From: a virus
IMG/VR virus record: IMGVR_UViG_3300030090_005562
Span: 84,762 to 148,761 of that record
Reading direction: 5' to 3' (one strand)
DNA length: 64,000 nucleotides
Below are positions 55,726 through 64,000 of the stretch, piece after piece. Each line of letters begins with the position of its first letter. Position 1 is the stretch's first letter. A model generated the notes under the pieces. That model was not told where the DNA came from. It searched no databases and saw only the letters and a list, made by a program, of their open reading frames with translations. Both the position numbers and the translations under genes were made by a program.

Positions 55726-56405
55726 CATCTAGCAGAAAAACGAACAGCGAGCTTATAAACGATGTTCACAATTTTAGCTTAAATGTAGAGACAAGAGAAA
55801 TCTTTCTAAATAGTCACATCGCAGATTGTGAAGAAGAAGCTGGCGTAGATTGGCGTATGGCTACAAAGTTTAATAAGAACATTAGACTTTTAACATCTGG
55901 CCCACAAGCAGAGCAACCAATACTCATACACATGCATACTGTGGGTGGTAATTGGGAAGACGGTCTTGCTATATACGACATAATTAATTCCTGCACAAAT
56001 ACACACATAACTATAATTGCATACGCTCATGCTAGGTCAATGAGCAGCATTATCTTTCAAGCCGCAGACACCAGAATATTCATGCCAAATTCTATATGGC
56101 TAATGCACATGGGTGACATGGGTTTTGATGGTCAGGCTCAGTCATTTGAGGCAGAAGCGGAGTGGGCTAAAAAAGACCACGATAGAATGCTTGACATATA
56201 CACTGAATCGGCGTATGGTAGTGTAGCTTACAAAGGAAAAAGCAGAAAGCAAATTAAAAACTTTATAGACAGGGGTCTACGGCTAAAGCAGGAATGGTAC
56301 ATGTCTGCCAGAGACGCAATAGAACATGGCTATGCAGACGCTGTTTTTGGAGACCCTGGATATGAAAGTATGGAAGCAATTAAAAAAATAGGAAAAGAAA
56401 CTTGA
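55722..56405 (+). CDS. ClpP-like protease subunit
   Basis: HTVGG...GLAIYD, ARSMSS, WLMH, WYMSARDAIEHGYAD. Confidence 0.88.
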   Translation: MTSSRKTNSELINDVHNFSLNVETREIFLNSHIADCEEEAGVDWRMATKFNKNIRLLTSGPQAEQPILIHMHTVGGNWEDGLAIYDIINSCTNTHITIIAYAHARSMSSIIFQAADTRIFMPNSIWLMHMGDMGFDGQAQSFEAEAEWAKKDHDRMLDIYTESAYGSVAYKGKSRKQIKNFIDRGLRLKQEWYMSARDAIEHGYADAVFGDPGYESMEAIKKIGKET

Positions 56406-56896
56406 AGCACGTTACCGACGAAGAATTTGAAACAGCATATAATAATCAAGACAACAAAAATATAATAAATGCTGTAACAAAAAAATACGCAAATAAGCTG
56501 TCGAAGGATACTCAGACCTCTTGCGGCCTTCATGGATTATGGAGGTGCATACAGAGTCATGACGATAGCTACGGTAGAAAGTTTACAACCAGCCTCTTCA
56601 TACACGTTGACTGGGAATGTAAAAGAGAAATTAGCTATCTGAACAGAAAGAAGCTTGGTCAGTTGGGAGACTCCGATGATGATATTGTGTCTCCGGTTCC
56701 TAGCGGCGAAGTTTCTGAGATACTAGAATCTTTGCCCGAGAGAGAGAAGGAGATGATGTATCAAAGATTCTATGAAAACAGGACTCTTGAGGAGATTGGC
56801 GAAGGGCAAGGCTACAGCAAAGAAGCCGCTAGGCAAAATATAAACAAGATTATATCTAGGCTACGAGAAAATATCTCTGAAGATTTTGGTGTATAA
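56402..56896 (+). CDS. Phage sigma70-family-like factor
   Basis: GLWRCIQSHD...KFTTSL; LPERE...RTLEEIG...SKEAARQ. Confidence 0.82.
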   Translation: MKHVTDEEFETAYNNQDNKNIINAVTKKYANKLSKDTQTSCGLHGLWRCIQSHDDSYGRKFTTSLFIHVDWECKREISYLNRKKLGQLGDSDDDIVSPVPSGEVSEILESLPEREKEMMYQRFYENRTLEEIGEGQGYSKEAARQNINKIISRLRENISEDFGV

Positions 56897-56944
56897 TAAT
56901 CTGTAGCTACAGTCATACGCTAAAATTCAACAGGAGTCTTTAAA

Positions 56945-59701
56945 ATGCCCAGAGAATCATTCATAGTTGCAGTTAGTGGACAACCCACTAAAAATCTAGG
57001 CGCAACAGTAGTAAACGCCGGAAATACACCTAATTTTGGCGACTCTACAAATAATAACGCTGGCTTTGGCGTTCTGACAGGCTCTAATACTGGAAAAAGT
57101 TCCGGTTCAAAAGTGGTCGAAAGAGAAGGCATCCCTCAAGCAAGTGGACAACTTCAAGCCGGTCCTGGAGTTCAGTCAGCCGTATTTACAGACCCATTTG
57201 CCGGCTCTCCCCTTGGGCAAGTTATTGGAAAATCATTTAGCTGGAAAGACCAGTATACCGGAAGACTTCCTGTTCGATTTAATCATGTGCAGTCAAAGTA
57301 TCCAAATATTGCTAATGAGGACACGTACAGTAAGAAGACCATCAGTCGCGGCACTCAAAGTTGCGTTTATCGAGATGACGGTGCTTTGTATGGCTCAAAT
57401 GTTTCATTAACAATGGGCTCTGCTGGAATGGTTTGCGCTGTTGGCGCCCCAAGCGGCCAAAATGCAACAAGAGGCACTGTTGCCCCGTATTGGCCACACC
57501 GCAGGAATGAGGGCTTTGTCGAGGTTCAAGAATTCAATAAGCCTAAAACCTTGACACTTGGAGATATCAGTAAAGATGGATTTTTAGTTAAAGACCCCAA
57601 CGACGATTGGTTTTCATGTGGTTATGCAGGAAAATCATTATGCACTCAGAGTGGACCACTTGAATTCAAGGGGCAAGCACTCAGATACAGCGATTTAGGC
57701 TCTGATAGACTATCGGGATATCCAAAACATGGAATTACAGCTTCTGGAACGGCTTTCGGTCACGCTGTAACATTTAATTCTGGTGGCACAAGAATGGCTG
57801 TTGGCGCTCCTTATGCGGATGGCGAAAGAGGAGAGGTTACAGTTTATGAATTTACAAGCGGCTCAGGCACAAAAGGCGAATGGATTAGAGTTGGCGCTCC
57901 AATCACAGGCAATGGCCTACCAAACGATAGATTTGGTTGGGACGTTGCGCTTGATGGCCCTGGCGATATTGTATTTTGTGGCGCTCCTCGTCCTGGTGGA
58001 ACTGGTTATGTTGCAAAATTTGAATTACAAGGAACGTATCCTGGAGGCGCGACTTGGAAAAGAGATAATCATGGCGGCTCGGTTTCAGGCGTTGCGCCGC
58101 GCGATAAATTTGGATACTCCATAAGCACTAACACAGAAGCAACAATACTGGCGGTTGGTGCGCCTAACGCATCTGGTACTCGCGGAACCGCAGAGTGTTT
58201 CCACAGAACAGGTGTTGGCGGAACAGTCTCATATCCATGGAAGGCTTTGACGAGAGGCGCCACTGGCGATGTTCAACGTGTTGTAGGAACCGCATCTGGA
58301 GAAATGCTTGGTTGGTCAGTTTCATTGATGTATAACAGTAAGGCCGCGCTTGATGCAGGTAGATTTAATCCTATGATGGCTGTTGGTTCTCCGTTCTATA
58401 GCAAGAGTGTTGCTGAGTATGACTTTAGCAGGAGAACATTTGCGGAGAGAGCTGCTGGAGTACCAATTTATGACGGAGACCCTGTTATTGGCGGAGCGGG
58501 TCCAGAAGCTGCCGAACAACAATCACTTCGTATTGGGTATGCTTACGACAAGGTAGGCCTAACCTGCGAAGGCCGAGTAACAGTCTGGCAGTTTAACAAA
58601 GTTCCGGCTCACAGAAAACACGGTTACACTACTCTTGAGTGGTTACCCAAGGGTAAATATAGCGCAAGAAAGATGATGGTGGGGCAGTATCCTCAAAGTG
58701 AAATGGGATACTCAGTTGCACTTAGCAAGACTGGCGACTACCTTGCTGTAGGCTGTCCTGGCACAGATGGAACTTTTGATGTGTCTGACTGTGAACAGTT
58801 GACTGCTATGACTAAGGCTGACTTTGAAGGTGGTGTTACTAGCCTTGTGGCGGCAGACCCAACCGCTGAACACGAGAAATACAAATACAACTACGTCTAC
58901 AGACCAGATTCTCGTTCAGAAGAGTGTTACAAGAAAGATGGGTTTTACCTTCATAAGGCCGAGGGCATAGGCGGCGGCGAAGTCGCACCAGGATTCTTCA
59001 AAGCTGCAAGCCTGCGAAGCAAATACGGTATCGGCTCTGTAAAAACTTTCCGATATGTGTGGGAAGGCGAAGCTGGAGATGCGGCAAGAAGAGAACATTA
59101 CTTAGGCTCAGATAGAGAGGATGTTTGGATTAAGTATGGGCCAACGATTCCTGGTACGGAAAGTCCTGTATATGATTACACTTATCGAGGTCCTGAACAT
59201 GGCAGAAGATACGCTCGCCCAAACTTCCAAGACCTTCAAGGCTTAGTGAAAATGCCTAAGCATTCTCATCACGAAAGATTTGGAACAGACGTTTCTATCA
59301 TCGACGTTATATCTCCGGTTGTAGCTGTTGGCGCACCCTTTGCTCAGGACCGTCGATATAACTCTGAATTTGTACGGGAGGGAGAGGATATCCAGCGCGG
59401 AAAATATACGGTTACTGGAAGAGTAGACATCTACGCCGCAACACCAACTAGACTTAGAGACAACGTAATGCCATTTGGAGGTGGAGCTTCAGCCCCTGCT
59501 GGAGGCCCATTGTCAAGCAGAACGAAAACTAAGTTTGAATATGATGCTGCTGGCTCTGTTGTCGCTTCTTCTGGAGGTGGTAGAGAAGCCTACTTCATAG
59601 CTCCTAATGTTTCTGGCTCTGGACTGGCTGATGACAATGCTTTGAAGACAAGCAGAAAAACATTTGGTACAGGTGGAATAAACTTCACATCGAGCGACTA
59701 A
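56945..59701 (+). CDS. FG-GAP (integrin-like beta-propeller) repeat virion protein
   Basis: Repeated FG.sVa...AVGAP motifs (about 7); after GGTGTATA. Confidence 0.8.
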   Translation: MPRESFIVAVSGQPTKNLGATVVNAGNTPNFGDSTNNNAGFGVLTGSNTGKSSGSKVVEREGIPQASGQLQAGPGVQSAVFTDPFAGSPLGQVIGKSFSWKDQYTGRLPVRFNHVQSKYPNIANEDTYSKKTISRGTQSCVYRDDGALYGSNVSLTMGSAGMVCAVGAPSGQNATRGTVAPYWPHRRNEGFVEVQEFNKPKTLTLGDISKDGFLVKDPNDDWFSCGYAGKSLCTQSGPLEFKGQALRYSDLGSDRLSGYPKHGITASGTAFGHAVTFNSGGTRMAVGAPYADGERGEVTVYEFTSGSGTKGEWIRVGAPITGNGLPNDRFGWDVALDGPGDIVFCGAPRPGGTGYVAKFELQGTYPGGATWKRDNHGGSVSGVAPRDKFGYSISTNTEATILAVGAPNASGTRGTAECFHRTGVGGTVSYPWKALTRGATGDVQRVVGTASGEMLGWSVSLMYNSKAALDAGRFNPMMAVGSPFYSKSVAEYDFSRRTFAERAAGVPIYDGDPVIGGAGPEAAEQQSLRIGYAYDKVGLTCEGRVTVWQFNKVPAHRKHGYTTLEWLPKGKYSARKMMVGQYPQSEMGYSVALSKTGDYLAVGCPGTDGTFDVSDCEQLTAMTKADFEGGVTSLVAADPTAEHEKYKYNYVYRPDSRSEECYKKDGFYLHKAEGIGGGEVAPGFFKAASLRSKYGIGSVKTFRYVWEGEAGDAARREHYLGSDREDVWIKYGPTIPGTESPVYDYTYRGPEHGRRYARPNFQDLQGLVKMPKHSHHERFGTDVSIIDVISPVVAVGAPFAQDRRYNSEFVREGEDIQRGKYTVTGRVDIYAATPTRLRDNVMPFGGGASAPAGGPLSSRTKTKFEYDAAGSVVASSGGGREAYFIAPNVSGSGLADDNALKTSRKTFGTGGINFTSSD

Positions 59702-59785
59702 GTTCGGTGTATACAATACTTAGGAATGGGATTTAATATTTTAGGACTACGGGAAATTTCATACTTTTGTATGGAGAAATAAATT

Positions 59786-60406
59786 ATGGCATCACAAGCT
59801 GTAACAAGTGGAAAGTCAAAAAATAATGGCTCCACTATTGTAAACGCTGGTAATGTACCAGTAACAAACAAGACTATTAATGACGCTGGTTTTGGTAAAG
59901 TCATTGGTGACGGCGAAGGTCGTTACAAAGGCACTCCAGGTAACCGCAAGCAGAGAACTCCTTCGGCAGGTAACTTTAGCGCGTTCAGCAATGGCGGCGT
60001 TATCACTGCCAAGGGAAGCGGAACGTTTGCCTATGATGGTAAAGCTGGCAAATTCATTGGTATTAGGCTTACTGAGTCGATTAACAATGTTGACAACAGC
60101 ACCCTGCTTTCTGGCGGCAGTGCAAAGGGACAGTTTAAAGGTTCGATTCACGGACTTGAATCTTACAGAACTCTTCCGAAGTTTACAACCAATGCAGACG
60201 GTTCGTATGCGTCCACCTCTTCTGCTGGTGGTTCAGATACCGACTACATTGATTCTGCCGGAAATGGTTCGACTGCATCTAGCGATTCGGCTGCTAATCC
60301 CACTAGAGCAATTCCTGGCGAATTGGTCTACACGGATACGTCGAAGGCAAGAAGCGGTTCCTTGGCATCTCCGAAGCAGGACGACTACAAGGCCAAAACT
60401 GGTTAA
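59786..60406 (+). CDS. Gly/Ser/Thr-rich virion protein, paralog of the termini of 56945-59701
   Basis: KNNGSTIVNAGN...AGFG; SD GGAG; after GGTGTATA. Confidence 0.7.
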   Translation: MASQAVTSGKSKNNGSTIVNAGNVPVTNKTINDAGFGKVIGDGEGRYKGTPGNRKQRTPSAGNFSAFSNGGVITAKGSGTFAYDGKAGKFIGIRLTESINNVDNSTLLSGGSAKGQFKGSIHGLESYRTLPKFTTNADGSYASTSSAGGSDTDYIDSAGNGSTASSDSAANPTRAIPGELVYTDTSKARSGSLASPKQDDYKAKTG

Positions 60407-60431
60407 TATTCTTGTTTCAAGATATAAGACT

Positions 60432-60466
60432 GGCTCGCGTTTCGGCGCGGGCCTTTCTTTTTTTTT
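60432..60466 (+). terminator. Intrinsic terminator
   Basis: GGCTCGCG...CGCGGGCC then T tract. Confidence 0.8.
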
Positions 60467-60680
60467 AATTGACAAATAAGATGTTGGGTGTATAATATAT
60501 ACGTGTAAGGTATTAAAATCGGCTTCATTTAAAGGAACCGAACGATATGTTTAACAATCACGGTCAGGCGGCAGCGAAGCCTAGACAACGTTGTTACCTA
60601 AAGCGATAAGTTGAGATAATCAGCAAGACTTCGCAACACATCAAATTGCTGCCGCCTTTTTTATCTTGAGGTATTTCAAA

Positions 60681-61019
60681 GTGATAGTTAATGTTACCAA
60701 TACTGTAAAAAACGTTATAATGGTATTTATTAAGAATGGCAATATAAGTCAGTCTGTTGTCACTTTAAATTCAGGCATGATGATGAAGGCAGAATACGTG
60801 CAAAAGCAAGAAGACAACAAAGCAAATGTGCATTTAATTAATGGAACAGTTCTGCTAAACATTGACAGAGACTCGCTAGGGTATGATAAAAAAGCTAACA
60901 ATGAATACATATCTAGAAAAGAAAACGTGGGCCACAGCCCTGTTGAAACCCCAGGAGCAGTTCAAGACCCGCTCCCAAAACCAGCTATAAAAAGAAGGAG
61001 GGGTTGCTGCGGTGGATAA
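60681..61019 (+). CDS. Hypothetical protein ending RRRGCCGG
   Basis: SD GAGG, GTG start. Confidence 0.65.
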   Translation: MIVNVTNTVKNVIMVFIKNGNISQSVVTLNSGMMMKAEYVQKQEDNKANVHLINGTVLLNIDRDSLGYDKKANNEYISRKENVGHSPVETPGAVQDPLPKPAIKRRRGCCGG

Positions 61020-61305
61020 AGATGTTTTTGAAATCATAGTAACAGAGAACTTTGATGCAAAACAAGTATTAATAAGTATGGTCAACGGAGGCATAGACGT
61101 TACTCAAGAAAATGTATCCTTTTCCCCAGGCGACATAATAAAGGTTATGTCTATCTCAAATTCAAGTGAAAAAAAATTTTTAAATATAACTTTAGAAAAT
61201 TCCTCTACAATAATGGATGTTCCATCCACTAGCATTTCATACAAAAAAGAAGCCGCAAAAAATGCATCGCGTGGATGCGGTGGATGCGGCAGAGGAAGAA
61301 GATAA
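61012..61305 (+). CDS. Hypothetical protein ending GCGGCGRGRR
   Basis: Coupled ORF. Confidence 0.65.
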   Translation: MDKDVFEIIVTENFDAKQVLISMVNGGIDVTQENVSFSPGDIIKVMSISNSSEKKFLNITLENSSTIMDVPSTSISYKKEAAKNASRGCGGCGRGRR

Positions 61306-61329
61306 GCTAAGCAAACAGAAAGGCGCAAA

Positions 61330-61596
61330 ATGGGACAAATTAAACTAGAGTCAACTACAACTCTTGAGTGTACTTGCGAAGATGGGACAAAGTGCGAGAC
61401 TACGTTAAACGAAGGAAGAAATATTTCTGCGGAAAAAATTATCAATATCTCCGAGACAAAGTGCGATGTTGTTCTTTCCTCCGGCAAAACAGTCCATGGG
61501 CTTGATAAAAGTCTTTTTACAAAGATTGGAAGTGTTGCAGAAGAAACACAACAGGAACAGCCGCCGAAGACAAATCCATTTTATAAATTTAGTTAG
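61330..61596 (+). CDS. Hypothetical protein
   Basis: Resembles the two upstream ORFs. Confidence 0.65.
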   Translation: MGQIKLESTTTLECTCEDGTKCETTLNEGRNISAEKIINISETKCDVVLSSGKTVHGLDKSLFTKIGSVAEETQQEQPPKTNPFYKFS

Positions 61597-61785
61597 ATGA
61601 ATTCTCTTCAAAATTTATTTAAAGCGGTAAGTAAAAATGAAAACCTTCTAAAAGGCTATGCGTCTAGAAAGTGTAAAAACTGTTACGGCAGAGGGTACAT
61701 AGAGCTTTCGGAAAAATCATCGACCCCTGAAAAATACATGTGCGAATGTGTTGCAAAAAATATAAAAAAAGAATATAAAAAATGA
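61597..61785 (+). CDS. Small zinc-finger protein
   Basis: CKNCYGRGY...CEC. Confidence 0.65.
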   Translation: MNSLQNLFKAVSKNENLLKGYASRKCKNCYGRGYIELSEKSSTPEKYMCECVAKNIKKEYKK

Positions 61786-62309
61786 TGTCTCTTTCCGATA
61801 AGTCTTATTCCTACATGAAGTCATGTCATGGTCATAATGTAAAAACACAGAGACCAGCATGGACCGACTATTTTTTATCAATAGCATCTCTTGTAAGCCT
61901 CAGAAGCTCAGACTCTCAAACAAAACATGGGTGCGTCATAACCGACAATAAAAATAGAATACTTGGCGTGGGGTATAATAGCTTTCCATCAGGCATGCCT
62001 GACGAGCTTTTGCCGAACATTAGACCACACAAATATAAGTGGATGGTCCATGCAGAAAGAAATGCTCTTGCAAATTGCACAATAAGACCCGAGTCAGGAA
62101 TAGCATATATAACTGGAAGACCATGCATTGACTGCGTAAAATCTCTTTATCAGGAAGGGGTAAGAAATTTAGTTTGCATCGACGGTCATGGTACACATTT
62201 AGAAGATTCTGAGGACGAGTGTGTGTTGGAAATAATCCAAAACTACGGAGGGTTAAAAATTGATTGGGTCAAGCCCGATTTGAAAAACGTATTTAAGGAA
62301 CTGATATGA
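61782..62309 (+). CDS. dCMP deaminase
   Basis: RPAWTDYF, GYN, HAERNAL, PCIDC. Confidence 0.93.
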   Translation: MMSLSDKSYSYMKSCHGHNVKTQRPAWTDYFLSIASLVSLRSSDSQTKHGCVITDNKNRILGVGYNSFPSGMPDELLPNIRPHKYKWMVHAERNALANCTIRPESGIAYITGRPCIDCVKSLYQEGVRNLVCIDGHGTHLEDSEDECVLEIIQNYGGLKIDWVKPDLKNVFKELI

Positions 62310-62497
62310 AAGAAATAGACTTTAATAGTTCTAGTAGTAATTCGCCAAAAGTTGAGGTTACTGTGCAGATTAGAGATAAAAACGGAAATCCGACTGGTAA
62401 AACAAAAACTTACAGAGGAGAAAGTTGCAGAGATGCATCTGATTGGTATAATAAACAAAAACCAACCAAGAAAAAGAAGAGAAAGAAAAAGAAATAA
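62306..62497 (+). CDS. Small basic hypothetical protein
   Basis: Coupled at both ends. Confidence 0.6.
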   Translation: MKEIDFNSSSSNSPKVEVTVQIRDKNGNPTGKTKTYRGESCRDASDWYNKQKPTKKKKRKKKK

Positions 62498-64000
62498 TGT
62501 ACGGATACCAAGAAGCTTTAGAAGCATCAATAGGCTACTTTAACGGAGATGAGCTGGCGGCAAAAGTTTTTGTAGATAAATATGCGCTTAGAGATAACGA
62601 CAAAAATCTTTTAGAAAAAACACCAGACGATATGCATCTTCGTATAGCTAGTGAGATAGCTAGAGCGGAGAGGTCTAAGTACAAAGACACAAAGATAAAG
62701 CCTCTGTCTAAACAACAAGTATATGAATACCTAAAGGGCTTTAAGAAGATTGTGCCACAGGGAAGCCCTATGTATGGCATAGGAAATACGAATCAATGCG
62801 TAACTCTTTCTAACTGCTATGTTCTTGATTCTCCAGAAGATAGCTATGGCGGTATTCACTGGACAGACGAGCAGATTACTCAGATTTCTAAAAGAAGAGG
62901 CGGTGTAGGAATAGACATTTCTAAGCTCCGCCCAGTCGGAGAGTCCACTAAGAACTCTTCTAGAACTACCAGCGGCATTGCAAGCTGGATGGAGAGGTTT
63001 TCAAATAGCACAAGAGAGGTGGGTCAGGATGGTCGTCGTGGCGCACAGATGCAATCCATTAGTGTTCATCACCCAGAAGTTCTTACTTTTGCGAATATCA
63101 AAAAAGACAGAACAAAGGTTACAGGAGCCAACATATCTATCAGGCTTACTGATGAATTTCTTAAAGCGGTATATAGCGACAGCAAGTATGAGCAGAGATG
63201 GCCTGTTGATTCTAAGGAGCCAAAGATAAAGAATAAGGTTTCTGCTAGAGAAGTCTGGAGGCAGATAATTGAAAATGCTCATGACAATGCCGAACCAGGG
63301 CTTTTATTTTGGGATAACGTAATCGCAAACAGTCCCGCCGACTGCTATCCAGAGGAGGGTTTTGAGACCATTTCTACTAACCCCTGCTCAGAGCTTCCTC
63401 TCTCTGCCCTAGACTCATGCAGACTTCTTCTACTAAACTTATTTGGCTATGTAAAAGAACCGTTCACAAGCAAGGCTTATTTTGACTATCAAGAATTCTT
63501 TAAGGACGCCAAGATTGCACAAAGAATGATGGATGATATCATAGACCTCGAAATGGAGGCTATAGAACGAATTATTAAAAAGATTGAGTCTGACCCAGAA
63601 TCAAAAGACATTAAAGCCAGAGAGCTTGATATGTGGCACAGAATCCATGATAATTGCAAGAACGGCAGGAGAACGGGCTTAGGAATTACGGCCCTTGGCG
63701 ACACAATCGCCGCCCTTGGATTTAAGTATGCTAGCGAGCGTAGCATTCAAGAGACAGACCAAATTTTTAAGACTCTAAAGTTTGCCTCATACATTTCGTC
63801 TGCGGAGATGGCAGAAGACCTTGGGCCATTTCCTGTATGGAACTATGAGAAAGAAGCCGGAAACAAATTCCTAAAAAGAATGTATGCCGAGAAGCTGGAT
63901 TTTGGCGGACTAGATATTAAAGGCAAAGATGTTCTTGAGAAGGTGAAACAAGTAGGGCGTAGAAACATATCTAACCTAACATGCGCTCCTGCCGGAAGCG
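62497..64000 (+). CDS. nrdJ: Class II (adenosylcobalamin) ribonucleotide reductase, 3' end runs off the window
   Basis: Missing from the ORF track. Hand translation: FNGDELAAKVFVDKYAL, PQGSPM, TLSNCYV, KRRGGVG, GRRGAQM, TGANIS, TNPCSELPL, RRTGLG, RRNISNLTCAPAGS. Confidence 0.92.
   Translation, partial: MYGYQEALEASIGYFNGDELAAKVFVDKYALRDNDKNLLEKTPDDMHLRIASEIARAERSKYKDTKIKPLSKQQVYEYLKGFKKIVPQGSPMYGIGNTNQCVTLSNCYVLDSPEDSYGGIHWTDEQITQISKRRGGVGIDISKLRPVGESTKNSSRTTSGIASWMERFSNSTREVGQDGRRGAQMQSISVHHPEVLTFANIKKDRTKVTGANISIRLTDEFLKAVYSDSKYEQRWPVDSKEPKIKNKVSAREVWRQIIENAHDNAEPGLLFWDNVIANSPADCYPEEGFETISTNPCSELPLSALDSCRLLLLNLFGYVKEPFTSKAYFDYQEFFKDAKIAQRMMDDIIDLEMEAIERIIKKIESDPESKDIKARELDMWHRIHDNCKNGRRTGLGITALGDTIAALGFKYASERSIQETDQIFKTLKFASYISSAEMAEDLGPFPVWNYEKEAGNKFLKRMYAEKLDFGGLDIKGKDVLEKVKQVGRRNISNLTCAPAGS

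Noticed and set aside
59880-60479. 199-aa alternative-frame ORF
   Set aside because: Overlaps the better-supported 59786-60406 gene and runs through its terminator
62535-63746. Short ORF-track entries at the right end
   Set aside because: Shadows of the continuous nrdJ frame starting at 62497
1-64000. Stop-codon reassignment
   Set aside because: Long conserved genes are intact in code 11, and TAA, TAG and TGA all end genes at coupled junctions

Overview
A 64-kb segment of a large tailed dsDNA phage genome using the standard genetic code. The SSB, DUF5658, CAP-domain and Cys/Arg-rich secreted proteins suggest a Planctomycetota host (inference). Positions 1-10.6 kb (minus strand) hold the head and packaging module: major capsid (runs off the window), decoration protein, protease/scaffold, portal, terminase, ERCC4 nuclease, gmd and a sigma-like factor. 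From 10.7 kb the genes are on the plus strand: a glycosylation cluster, an 11-kb early region of small genes, three tRNAs, rIIA/rIIB, DNA-repair and nucleotide enzymes, more glycosyltransferases, PhoH, ClpP, two more sigma-like factors, virion-like proteins and a class II ribonucleotide reductase (runs off the window). The most striking structure is at 16.75-27.66 kb. Nine co-oriented 79-bp elements have invariant geometry: a 27-bp asymmetric dyad, a 25-bp spacer centred on GCGGGCnGCCCGC, and a second 27-bp dyad. They divide the region into 0.6-2 kb promoter-bearing gene cassettes that contain duplicated promoters and paralogous genes. Many early promoters nest a sigma28-like promoter within a sigma70 promoter, and one cassette instead has a sigma54-like promoter preceded by six 15-bp palindromes. 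A separate GGTGTATA motif precedes late genes. No recombinase gene is in the window. All family assignments come from motif recognition by eye, not database searches.
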